A DNA stretch of 64,000 nucleotides from Acidobacteriota bacterium (lineage in GTDB: Bacteria > Acidobacteriota > UBA890 > WLXD01): positions 3,840,001 to 3,904,000 of the forward strand of contig CBDFKD010000002.1 of NCBI GenBank assembly GCA_965248695.1, in the 5' to 3' direction. Both the position numbers and the translations under genes were made by a program. The notes below the pieces were generated by a model. The model made no database searches and had not been told where the DNA came from. It saw only the letters and a program-made list of their open reading frames with translations. Of the stretch, positions 1-7,638 are shown piece after piece (the stretch's first letter is position 1; each line of letters starts with the position of its first letter).

Positions 1-218
1 AACGCTGTCACCCTCCGATATCCGTAGCGCCCGTACTGTCGGGCTAAATCCACGATCCGCTCCGTCAAAATCTGCTCCTGTTGCGGCTCTCTTGGCACGT
101 ACCGGTGTGTCGTGCGTGGTTGTTTCAGTACCCGACACGCCCGCCTCTCCGAGACGCCCAGCCGCCCCCGTACATGTGCCACCGCCTCTCGCCGCCGAGC
201 TGGGCTCAGAAGTTTCCC
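1..218 (-). CDS. IS3 transposase OrfB, N-terminal part (reached by -1 frameshift)
   Basis: The -1 frame reads GKLLSPARRREAVAHVRGRLGVSERRACRVL...RQYGRYGYRRVTA, which contains the IS3 OrfB YGYRR motif. Slippery heptamer G-GGA-AAC at 212-218 (minus). Confidence 0.85.
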
Positions 219-484
219 TCCGCCACTTCCTTCAGGATCGACAGGTCGAGTTCCTTTTCCGCCACCAGCCTCTTGAGCCGGGCATTCTCCTTCTCCAGTT
301 GCTTGAGCTTTCTGGCCTGGTTGAGCTTCAGTCCGCCGTACTCTCGCCGCCACCGGTAGTAGGTGTGCTCGGTGATTGCTAGCTTGCGGCAGGCATCCTT
401 GACCGTCGCCCCTCGAGCCAGCTCCACCTCAGCCTCCCGGAGCTTGCGTACGATCTGCTCGGCGCTGTGCCTCTTACTCGGCAT
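206..484 (-). CDS. IS3 transposase OrfA (HTH)
   Basis: MPSKRHSAEQIVRKLREAE...TYYRWRREYGGL...LKQLEKENARLKRLVAEKELD...EGNF* is a typical IS3/IS407 OrfA. Confidence 0.92.
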   Translation of the reverse strand: MPSKRHSAEQIVRKLREAEVELARGATVKDACRKLAITEHTYYRWRREYGGLKLNQARKLKQLEKENARLKRLVAEKELDLSILKEVAEGNF

Positions 485-550
485 TCTGACCTCCCGTTCT
501 TGACCCAGATCGTGAGATTACATCCGGATCCGTTTTCGGGGGTCAGGTCA

Positions 551-591
551 AGATCATGAATCTGCTAAAACGGATGGGGGTGAAACCATGA
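551..591 (+). pseudogene. hicA: 3' remnant of a HicA-family toxin gene interrupted by the IS3
   Basis: Directly after the IS end the sequence reads ...IMNLLKRMGVKP*. Its TGA overlaps the hicB ATG (ATGA at 588-591). A ...GVKP* C-terminus coupled to hicB is typical of hicA. Confidence 0.65.
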
Positions 592-920
592 TGGAATACA
601 AAGGCTATCTAGGAAAAGTGGATGTTGACGGTAACGAGTTTCATGGAACCGTGGTCAATCTCCACCGCGACTACGTAGATTTTCGAGGCACGACTCTCGA
701 AGAAGTACGTAAATCCTTTATGGAATCTGTCGACTTCTACCTCGAAGGCTGCAGGAAAGACGGAGAGGGGCCTGAAAAACCCTTCTCAGGAAAGTTCGTT
801 GTGCGGCTTACGCCTGCGACTCACCGCCGTGCCGCAACATTGGCTCGCATGAACGACCAGAGTTTGAACACGGTACTCGTAGAAGCTCTTGAAAAACACC
901 TAGCTAAACAAGGCCTCTAG
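588..920 (+). CDS. hicB: Type II TA antitoxin, HicB family
   Basis: MEYKGYLG...FHGTVV...DFRG..LEE..F.ESVDFYL...PEKPFSGKFVVRLTP..HRRA...SLN: HicB N-domain plus RHH. Confidence 0.9.
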   Translation: MMEYKGYLGKVDVDGNEFHGTVVNLHRDYVDFRGTTLEEVRKSFMESVDFYLEGCRKDGEGPEKPFSGKFVVRLTPATHRRAATLARMNDQSLNTVLVEALEKHLAKQGL

Positions 921-1141
921 AGCGTCTGCGTAAACTCACCCCCACGTTGATCCTCCGCCGTCACCACCTCCGCCAGCTCGGACTCGATGATGCGGATGTA
1001 CCTCCGCTTACCACTATCACATCGTGGGCCGACACGGACGTGGCCGATGACGCCCTTGTCGATCCACCGATACAGGGTATCCACGGCGATGTGGTAGCGC
1101 TCGGCGGCCTCAGAGACGGTCAGAAAGAGCTCGGTCATCAT
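917..1141 (-). CDS. Excisionase-like helix-turn-helix DNA-binding protein (HTH_17/MerR-like)
   Basis: LTVSEAAERYHIAVDTLYRWIDKG...VRVG...IRI; start overlaps the terL stop. Confidence 0.75.
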   Translation of the reverse strand: MMTELFLTVSEAAERYHIAVDTLYRWIDKGVIGHVRVGPRCDSGKRRYIRIIESELAEVVTAEDQRGGEFTQTL

Positions 1142-2598
1142 CGCCTTCCCAGTGGCCTACCGAGTGCACGAGCTCGGGGCTTTGGTTTCTGGAGCGTTAG
1201 CCTGTTGAACGCACCGCTGGATGCATCCACCTGGTCCATGGGCTTGGCCTTGCCGTCGAAGCGGTGCATCTCTTGCAGGTACGGCTCGTTCCATGGCCCC
1301 TGCACGTAGGAGACGTTCCCCGCCTCCACCTGTGCGGCGAACGGTTGCGCTCGCGTCAGCTTGTCACCTGTGGCTCGCTCGCTGTGAACGTCGAACCCGG
1401 CCAGCTGACGCACCGTGTTCTCGGCACTCTCCTTGCCCCCAGAGCCGGGCTCCTGCTCCACCCACGTCGCCACCGGCGCCTGCAGGCTCGCGTCGGCCTC
1501 GGCCTTCTGCCGAATCACCCTCTCCCGCTCCAGGGCCGACCACTGGCCTCGCTCCACATCCCCCACCACGAAGGACCCGTCGGGCCGGTTGCCGATCAAC
1601 ACGCCCGCACTGTAGGCGGCCGATGGGTTGTCCACCGTGCCGGCCTTGTCCCAGTAACGCACCCACCCCTCCACGTCAATCGGCATCGCCGGGAGCTCGC
1701 GCAACCAGGCGCGGTTGAACACCAGGCCAGCCTTTGCCTTGATGTGCCAGTTGCCCTTGAGCAGCCGCTCCCTCTCCACCAACGGCAGCGCCATAAGCTT
1801 GGCGCGGTAGTCGGGGTCGGCGCGCTCCAGCGCTGGGTTATCCTCCAACGTGGCCGGGATGAACGTCACTGACCGCGGCCGGATCTCGGTGGCAGCGTGC
1901 TCAGGGAAGCGCTCGTGCAGCTGGTCGGGCGTATCGGCCCAGTGCAGCTCCTCCGCCAGCCGCACGAACCAGCGCACCTTTCCGGCGCGCTCCTGGATCG
2001 CATAGCCGGTCTCTGGGTCAATCCACCAGCGGATGAACCGGTTCAACCACCCGCCCACCGGATCATCCTCCGGCACCGGGTTACACGTGGCCCGCACGTA
2101 AGGTCGAATGCCGGCGCGTGCGGAGCGGTTGCGCGACAGCAAAAACCAGAACTGCTCTTGGGTGAAGTCCTCCAGCTGGTCAAACCCGATCATCGGAATT
2201 TGTGCCCCCTTCCACGCCAGCCGGTCCTTTTCATGCTGCATGTGGGCGAACTTCACCGTCATGCCGCTGCGGAAGCGGTACTCGACACTTGAGTCGCGCG
2301 CCTCGCCACCGAGCAACGGGTACATCTGCCCAGCCTCGTCCCACAGCGCCCCCTGTCCCATGATCTGCGGGTACGTGCGCCGGAAGATCACGGTGCCAAA
2401 GTGCGGGTTGTCCAGCTGGTACAGCGGCTCCATCAGCAGCGCGAACGTCTTGCCGCCACCGGCCGCCCCGCCCGCGATCGCAATGTCGGCATCCGAGGCT
2501 AGGAACGCCTCCTGTGGCCCCAGCTGCGGACGTAGCTCGATCGTCTCGATCGTCTCGACCGCAACCTCGGCTTCTTGACTCGACTGGCTTGTCGCCAC
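1138..2598 (-). CDS. terL: Phage terminase large subunit
   Basis: Q-motif PQLGPQEAFL, Walker A GGAAGGGKT, Walker B-like MIGFDQLE, motif III ATCNP, and RNase H-like nuclease residues RYWD...EQEPGSGGK...DQVDASS. Start uncertain (GTG 2598 or 2607). Confidence 0.92.
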   Translation of the reverse strand: MATSQSSQEAEVAVETIETIELRPQLGPQEAFLASDADIAIAGGAAGGGKTFALLMEPLYQLDNPHFGTVIFRRTYPQIMGQGALWDEAGQMYPLLGGEARDSSVEYRFRSGMTVKFAHMQHEKDRLAWKGAQIPMIGFDQLEDFTQEQFWFLLSRNRSARAGIRPYVRATCNPVPEDDPVGGWLNRFIRWWIDPETGYAIQERAGKVRWFVRLAEELHWADTPDQLHERFPEHAATEIRPRSVTFIPATLEDNPALERADPDYRAKLMALPLVERERLLKGNWHIKAKAGLVFNRAWLRELPAMPIDVEGWVRYWDKAGTVDNPSAAYSAGVLIGNRPDGSFVVGDVERGQWSALERERVIRQKAEADASLQAPVATWVEQEPGSGGKESAENTVRQLAGFDVHSERATGDKLTRAQPFAAQVEAGNVSYVQGPWNEPYLQEMHRFDGKAKPMDQVDASSGAFNRLTLQKPKPRARALGRPLGRR

Positions 2599-2998
2599 TA
2601 CCCCCACCCCTCTTTCTGACTCCCCCCTACCGTGGCACGGCTTTCGTCCTCGCCCTGGGGCGCTTGCGGCACCTCCAAAGCGATGAGGTACAGTAAATGC
2701 TTACAGCTATCCCGCCGCGTCGATTCTTCCAATGGGGTGGACTAGCGGTCGCAGCCTGCGGTCTACGGGCCATGCGGGACCGACCCACGACAGAATAAAC
2801 AGACCGAACATCGGGTGGTCGCACTGTCCGAGACCTCGGTTCGTTTCGGCGCGGTAGAAAGCTCGGATAGCATCGGGTGGGCTGGAGCGTTGCACCATTC
2901 ATGGTGCACGAATCGGCGTTTGAGCCACACAGCTCAAGTCCAAAAGTTCGGTCGCAGCTCCCCACCAGCAAGTAAACGCAACCTGATGGGGATGCAAC

Positions 2999-3499
2999 TC
3001 ACGACTCCTGCGGCTGCTGCTTGCCCGGCAGGTACACCACGACCTTCTGGATCGGGCCGCCGCCCGCACCCGTCACCTGCACGCGCTCGCTGACGCCACG
3101 AACCGATAGCAGGTGCTTGAGCACGAGATCTCCGGGGCGCTTGGGATCCAGGATGCGTCGCCGCGCCACCTCCAGCAGCATCGCCGTGCCCCGGTTGTAG
3201 TGGATCTCCTCCTGCTCGGCGAACTCGGTGTCTCCACGCTGCACGCGCTTGTAAGGAGTTTGCGCACTCACTCCGGCGATTCCAGCAGCCGACTCTTTGG
3301 TGTGACCCCGCTCTAGCGCTTTGAAGTAGGTCTCTTCCCAGTCCCCCTCACGTGCGCGCGCGCGCGCGTTGGCTCCTATACTCGCCTGTACTGGGTCCTT
3401 GGCATGGGAAGGGATCGCGCACCGATCCGATCCGGGTAACGCCTTACGTTTGCAGCGTTTCCCGGTGCTCGTGGTGATCGCCGTGCAGCGGTTGTTCAT
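2999..3499 (-). CDS. Putative terminase small subunit
   Basis: N-terminal RCTA..STGKRCKR.A..G..RC..H Cys/His motif, a central HTH (TKESAAGIAGVSAQTPY) and a C-terminal VQVTGAGGGPIQ tail typical of TerS; lies upstream of terL. Confidence 0.7.
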   Translation of the reverse strand: MNNRCTAITTSTGKRCKRKALPGSDRCAIPSHAKDPVQASIGANARARAREGDWEETYFKALERGHTKESAAGIAGVSAQTPYKRVQRGDTEFAEQEEIHYNRGTAMLLEVARRRILDPKRPGDLVLKHLLSVRGVSERVQVTGAGGGPIQKVVVYLPGKQQPQES

Positions 3500-3518
3500 G
3501 GGTGTGTGCCTGGGTTGC

Positions 3519-4766
3519 TCAGGGGGTGCACCGGTTGGCCTTGGAGCCCGTCAGGCTCTCCCAGCGCTCCACGGCGACATCGCAGTAGCCGGGGTCGATC
3601 TCGATGGCGAAACAGCGGCGCTCCAGCTGCTCGGCGGCGATGAGCGTGGTACCCGAGCCCACGAACGGGTCATAGACCCCATCGCCGACCTTGCCGTGGT
3701 TGCGCATCGGACGGCCCATGCACTCAAGCGGCTTTTGCGTCGAGTGGTCCGTCTTGCCTTCGGAGGCTCGTAGCTGGTTGGAGATGCGCCAGAGCGTGCT
3801 TTGGCACCGGTCTCCGCTCCAGCGCGCGCTCCGGCCGCGGCGCACCGCGTACCAGGCCGGCTCATGAGCCCATTGATAGTGACCACGTGAGATCACGCCC
3901 TGCGGCTTGGCCCATATGATCTGGGCACGAGGCCCCAACCGCGCCGCCGCTAACCCTTCGAGCACGACCGCACCGAACAAGGATGCGTGCCATACGTAGG
4001 CGACATCGCCGGTAAAGTGGGTGAACGCCTCTCGCCAGTCGGCGCAATCGTCGTTGCGTACAATCCCGGACCGCCGGCCCGCATGTTTTTCTCCCAAATC
4101 ACGTTCGCGCCATTCCGGCTCGTACTCCACGCCGTAGGGCGGATCGGTGATCATGAGCAACGGGACATGATCGCCGAGCAGCGCGGCGACGACACCAGGA
4201 TCCTGCGCGTCGCCACAGATAAGCCGGTGATCCCCCAGTGTCCATACGTCCCCGGGCTTGGTCACCGGGTTGGCTGGTGGCTCTGGCACCTCGTCATCTT
4301 GCAGTTCGATGGGCTCCGGTCCCATGTCGAGCGTTTCCAGCAGATCATCGAATCGGAGCGCATCGGTCAGCTCCGGCAACTCCTCTTGGGCCAGCGCCAC
4401 CAGGTCGGGTAGATCGTCCGTGAAGATGCCTGCGAGCAGGGGCGAGTTGGCGGCGATGTTCGCGGCGCGCTCCGTCTCCTCGTCCCAGTTCACGACGCGC
4501 AACCGGAACCGCTCGGAGCCCACGTGTAGGTACGCTTCCTTGCCGGCGTGACGGATGCGCGCTGACTCGCCGTGCTGTTCGCGTAGCACACGCACGCGCT
4601 GGTGGCCCGTAACGAGGTGCCCGGTGCGCTCGTTGAAGGTGATACCTGAGAGGTCGCCGAAGGTACCCAGCGATGCCTTCAGCGCCTCCAGCGAGGGGGC
4701 ATCGATAGTGCGCGGGTTGTAGGGCGCCGGCTGCAGATCCTCGATCCGGCGGGGCGTTGGAGTCAT
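3519..4766 (-). CDS. ParB-N-terminal-domain DNA methyltransferase (N6A/N4C, beta class)
   Basis: PAPYNPR...GHLVTGHQR (ParB-like), then TDPPY, HSTQKP and DPFVGSGTT. Confidence 0.9.
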   Translation of the reverse strand: MTPTPRRIEDLQPAPYNPRTIDAPSLEALKASLGTFGDLSGITFNERTGHLVTGHQRVRVLREQHGESARIRHAGKEAYLHVGSERFRLRVVNWDEETERAANIAANSPLLAGIFTDDLPDLVALAQEELPELTDALRFDDLLETLDMGPEPIELQDDEVPEPPANPVTKPGDVWTLGDHRLICGDAQDPGVVAALLGDHVPLLMITDPPYGVEYEPEWRERDLGEKHAGRRSGIVRNDDCADWREAFTHFTGDVAYVWHASLFGAVVLEGLAAARLGPRAQIIWAKPQGVISRGHYQWAHEPAWYAVRRGRSARWSGDRCQSTLWRISNQLRASEGKTDHSTQKPLECMGRPMRNHGKVGDGVYDPFVGSGTTLIAAEQLERRCFAIEIDPGYCDVAVERWESLTGSKANRCTP

Positions 4767-5086
4767 GCCGCTGCCTCCAGGAGCCCTCGATGACGCAGTT
4801 GTTCGGTGAGCGCCACCGGGTCAGCACCGATGTACTGACACCACCAGCCCAGCGAGCAGGGGCGCAACTCCTCCGGGTGCGACAACCACGCAACCAGGTC
4901 TGATTCGGGGCCGATCTCCCGTAGCCTCTTGCACGTGCAAGCGGGCCGCTCGGTTCGATCACGCCACGTTGCCACCATGCCCAGGTCGACAATCGCCCGA
5001 CGGATCACCGCAGCGGCAAGTGCGCGCTCCGGGGCGATGTCCACGCCTTCAACGTCGGGGATCGCGGGGGACTCGAAGCTGATCAT
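4763..5086 (-). CDS. Hypothetical phage protein
   Basis: 107 aa with 4-bp overlaps to both neighbouring MTase genes; ERALAAAVIRRAIVD...WWCQYIGADP resembles small phage proteins. Confidence 0.6.
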   Translation of the reverse strand: MISFESPAIPDVEGVDIAPERALAAAVIRRAIVDLGMVATWRDRTERPACTCKRLREIGPESDLVAWLSHPEELRPCSLGWWCQYIGADPVALTEQLRHRGLLEAAA

Positions 5087-6126
5087 GCCGCTAGCTCCAG
5101 GAGCATCGGGTCCTCGCGGTTCAGCAGCGGCGCGTCATCTCCGATCCTGCGGCGAGCCATCTGTACGTACTCGGGATTGAGCTCGATGCCCACGAAACGG
5201 CGGTCGGCGCGGAGCGCAACGACGCCCGTGGTGCCGGAGCCGCAGAAGGGGTCGAGCACGACACCGCCTTCGGGGCAGCCGGCCAGCACACATGGCTCCA
5301 CGAGCTTGGTCGGGAAGGTGGCGAAGTGCGCTTCGGGAAACGCATCTTTGCCGCTATTCGAGATGGTCCAGACCGAGCGCAGGTTCGCACCTTGCTTGAC
5401 TTTGCCGCCGCGGTGACAAGGGCGCTGCGGCCTAGCAGTCGGATTGGCCCCGTGATAGTTCGGCGAATTTGCCCACCCAGAGATGTTGGATTTTCGCCAC
5501 CTGCCATCAACCAAATCGCTCCGCGTCTCCGGGCGATATAGCGTTCGAACCGCGTCAGCGTCGTAGTAGTACCGAGCGGACTTCGACAGCAGGAAGACGT
5601 ACTCGTGGGCCTTTGTGGGCCGATCGGTGACCGACTCGGGCATCGGGTTCGGCTTTGCCCAGAGGATGTCCGAGCGCAGCCACCAGCCATCCGCTTGCAG
5701 CGCGAAGGCGATGCGCCAGGGCATGCCGATCAAGTCCTTCGGCTTGAGCCCCGGTGTGCGCTCCATGCTTCCAGTGAGGTTCCTGATCTGCGCTGCCTTC
5801 ACTTGGTTCGCGCTCAGAGCGGAGACATTCGGCGCGTGCTTGCCAGCGTGCTCTCGTGATTGGGCACCACACGAGCCCGCATAGCAGTCCCCCATGTTGA
5901 GCCACAGCGTGCCGTCGCTCCGCAGCACTCGGCGGACCTCTCGGAACATCGCCACCATCTTGGCGACGTACTCGTCGAGTGTTGCTTCGAGCCCGACCTG
6001 GCCGTCAGTCCCGTAGTCACGGAGCCCCCAGTAGGGCGGCGAGGTCACGACGCAGTGGACCGACTCGTCCGGTAGCTGGGCGAGGCCCTCCAGCACGTCG
6101 GCACAGATCAGCCGGAAGTGCCTCAT
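5083..6126 (-). CDS. Site-specific DNA methyltransferase (SPPY, likely N4-cytosine)
   Basis: CVVTSPPYWGLRDYG, WAKPNPMPES.TDRPT..HEY.FL, HFATFP, DPFCGSGTT, GIELNPEY. Start taken at ATG 6126, which overlaps the upstream stop. Confidence 0.92.
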   Translation of the reverse strand: MRHFRLICADVLEGLAQLPDESVHCVVTSPPYWGLRDYGTDGQVGLEATLDEYVAKMVAMFREVRRVLRSDGTLWLNMGDCYAGSCGAQSREHAGKHAPNVSALSANQVKAAQIRNLTGSMERTPGLKPKDLIGMPWRIAFALQADGWWLRSDILWAKPNPMPESVTDRPTKAHEYVFLLSKSARYYYDADAVRTLYRPETRSDLVDGRWRKSNISGWANSPNYHGANPTARPQRPCHRGGKVKQGANLRSVWTISNSGKDAFPEAHFATFPTKLVEPCVLAGCPEGGVVLDPFCGSGTTGVVALRADRRFVGIELNPEYVQMARRRIGDDAPLLNREDPMLLELAA

Positions 6127-6275
6127 GCGATGCGCTCTAGGGCCAGCAGCTCGTCGAGACGATCCTCGACCTCTGCCCGTGTGATCTCCGGGTTTCCCTC
6201 GTAGCTGGCCGCGTAGTACCCGGCCACGTAGGGCTTGAACCACTCGGCGTGCTCGAAGATGTACGGGCGCTCCAT
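6123..6275 (-). CDS. Small hypothetical protein (50 aa)
   Basis: MERPYIFEHAEWFKPYVAGYY...; GGAGG upstream; translationally coupled to both neighbours. Confidence 0.55.
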   Translation of the reverse strand: MERPYIFEHAEWFKPYVAGYYAASYEGNPEITRAEVEDRLDELLALERIA

Positions 6276-6422
6276 CACGACGCTGCTTCCTCCAGGAGCC
6301 GCGCTAGCGCCTCCTCTAGCTCCTCGCCGCTCACAAGTTGAGAGGGGTCTTCTTCGATGGCCGCCAATTGCTCGCGGGCGATCTCGGCATCTCTCCATTC
6401 CTTCCTCGTTGCCTCGCTTCAC
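6275..6422 (-). CDS. Small acidic hypothetical protein (48 aa) with an apparent 1-nt insertion
   Basis: GGGAGG RBS before GTG 6422. Removing one A at 6418-6419 gives MSEATRKEWRDAEIAREQLAAIEEDPSQLVSGEELEEALARLLEEAAS*, whose TGA overlaps the next ATG (TGATG). Confidence 0.5.
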
Positions 6423-6446
6423 GATGCCCTCCCGAGCCAGAGCCCG

Positions 6447-6542
6447 AAATCGGCTGGTACCGATTTGGTACCGTTTTCAACCCTCAAAGGGGGGTCTAGA
6501 GGGGTCTAAACTCCCTGTAAGTCGTTGAATCTACGTGGAGCG
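6447..6542. mobile_element. Attachment-site-like end of the phage-derived element
   Basis: Tandem TGGTACCGATT/TGGTACCGTTT (6455-6476), tandem GGGGTCTA (6491-6508), IHF-like TAAGTCGTTGAAT (6518-6530) and TGGAGCG (6536-6542; reverse complement CGCTCCA, like a tRNA 3' end). Confidence 0.6.
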
Positions 6543-7070
6543 TTGATGACCGTGATCACAGTCGCGAAGCTAGCGCCGGACGCTTATATCTGCGCCGAGC
6601 TGCTGGATCCGAAGTACCAGCAGCAGCTCGAGGCTGCCGGAGCCGACGAGATGATTCTCACGCAGCACAACTCCCGCGTCCTGCTGGCGAACGCGGCGGT
6701 CGGGACCGGGATCTCGGGGATTTTCTACGCGCTCATGACGGGAGAGTCCGGCGGCGGCCTGGTCACGGAGTCGTTCTCGTCGGAGTTCGTCGGGCGTCCG
6801 TTCCATCAGCTACGCCAGCATTACGTGGACACCGACGGATCACTTCTGGTGGGTCTCGTCGAGAACACCGGCAACGTGCAAAAGCGTAAGCACGAGGCGC
6901 TGCGGGAAGCTCAGCGGACGCCAGATATCTCCCAGCTGGTGGAGAACCTCCGCCAGGTCAAGAACGTGGAGCCTCACGTGCCGGTGCTGAATCCGGCGGA
7001 CGACTACATGGTGCCCCGACACAGTCTGGCGATCCTGATCCAGAGCGCTTCTTCACCGAACCGGTCATGA
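6540..7070 (+). pseudogene. 5'-truncated potassium channel / TrkA-N (RCK) domain protein
   Basis: ALMTVITVAKLAPDAYICAELLDPKYQQQLEAAGADEMI...VLNPADDY is the second half of an RCK domain. The pore and GxG NAD-binding start are absent, and upstream DNA is the att-like sequence. Confidence 0.7.
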
Positions 7071-7083
7071 CAGCGGAGCGCGT

Positions 7084-7614
7084 ATGAACATCCCGCAGTC
7101 CGACGTCGCCGGCTGCATCCGGTCGTCGGAGCTCTTCAACTTCCTGAGCAGTGACGAGGGCGCCGTGGCGTTTCTTTCCGAGTGCTTTCGGGGAGTCAGT
7201 CACGCCGCGGGCGGCGTGATTCTCAGCGAGGGCGACGAGGGCGACTCGATGCTGATGTTGTTGAGCGGCACGGTGCGGATCGATACCAAGACGCCCGCGG
7301 GCGAGCAGTACACCGTCGCTACGCTGACCGAGGAGCAAGCGTGCTTCGGCGAGCTGGCGTTGTTCGATTCCCAGCTACGTTCGGCGACCGCGCTGGCCGA
7401 CACCGATTGCCAGCTGCTGGAGCTGGACCGGGATGCGTTCGAGCGCTTTGCCGACGCCTTCCCGGAACACGCGGTGGTCGTCTATCGCCGCCTCGGCAAG
7501 ATCGTGTCGCAGCGGCTTCGCCAGGCCAGCAAGGACATCGGGGTGTTGTTTCAGGCGTTGGTTCAAGAGGTCGAGGAAGCCAGCCTCGGGGCTCGCGGGG
7601 CGGGCACCCGGTAG
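7084..7614 (+). CDS. Cyclic-nucleotide-binding domain protein (no HTH)
   Basis: GGVILSEGDEGDSM..LLSGTV...CFGELALFDSQLRSATALA phosphate-binding cassette. Confidence 0.88.
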   Translation: MNIPQSDVAGCIRSSELFNFLSSDEGAVAFLSECFRGVSHAAGGVILSEGDEGDSMLMLLSGTVRIDTKTPAGEQYTVATLTEEQACFGELALFDSQLRSATALADTDCQLLELDRDAFERFADAFPEHAVVVYRRLGKIVSQRLRQASKDIGVLFQALVQEVEEASLGARGAGTR

Positions 7615-7638
7615 TCGCAGTCGAGGACAGGGTGGGAG

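Larger units (their letters stand above)
1..550 (-). mobile_element. IS3-family insertion sequence (IS407-group-like), left part; runs off the window start
   Basis: Minus strand begins TGACCTGACCCCCGAAAACGGATCC at 550 (5'-TG IS3-type left end), followed by orfA and an overlapping -1 frame orfB. Confidence 0.9.
917..6542 (-). mobile_element. Prophage-derived segment (methylase-terminase module)
   Basis: Co-oriented, mostly overlapping phage-type genes (MTases, terS, terL, Xis-like HTH), bounded on the right by an att-like end. Confidence 0.75.

Noticed and set aside
2627-2971. 114-aa and 63-aa ORFs in the terS-terL spacer
   Set aside because: No RBS, atypical composition and no recognisable motif.
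2608-2998. Group II intron or hammerhead ribozyme in the spacer
   Set aside because: No domain V (AGC/CGC triad hairpin) and no CUGAnGA...GAAA core could be identified by eye.
3519-6126. Restriction-modification system
   Set aside because: No endonuclease gene; paired orphan MTases upstream of terminase are common in phages.
6123-6422. Single 99-aa ORF as given in the track
   Set aside because: Better explained as two coupled small genes, the first with a 1-nt insertion.
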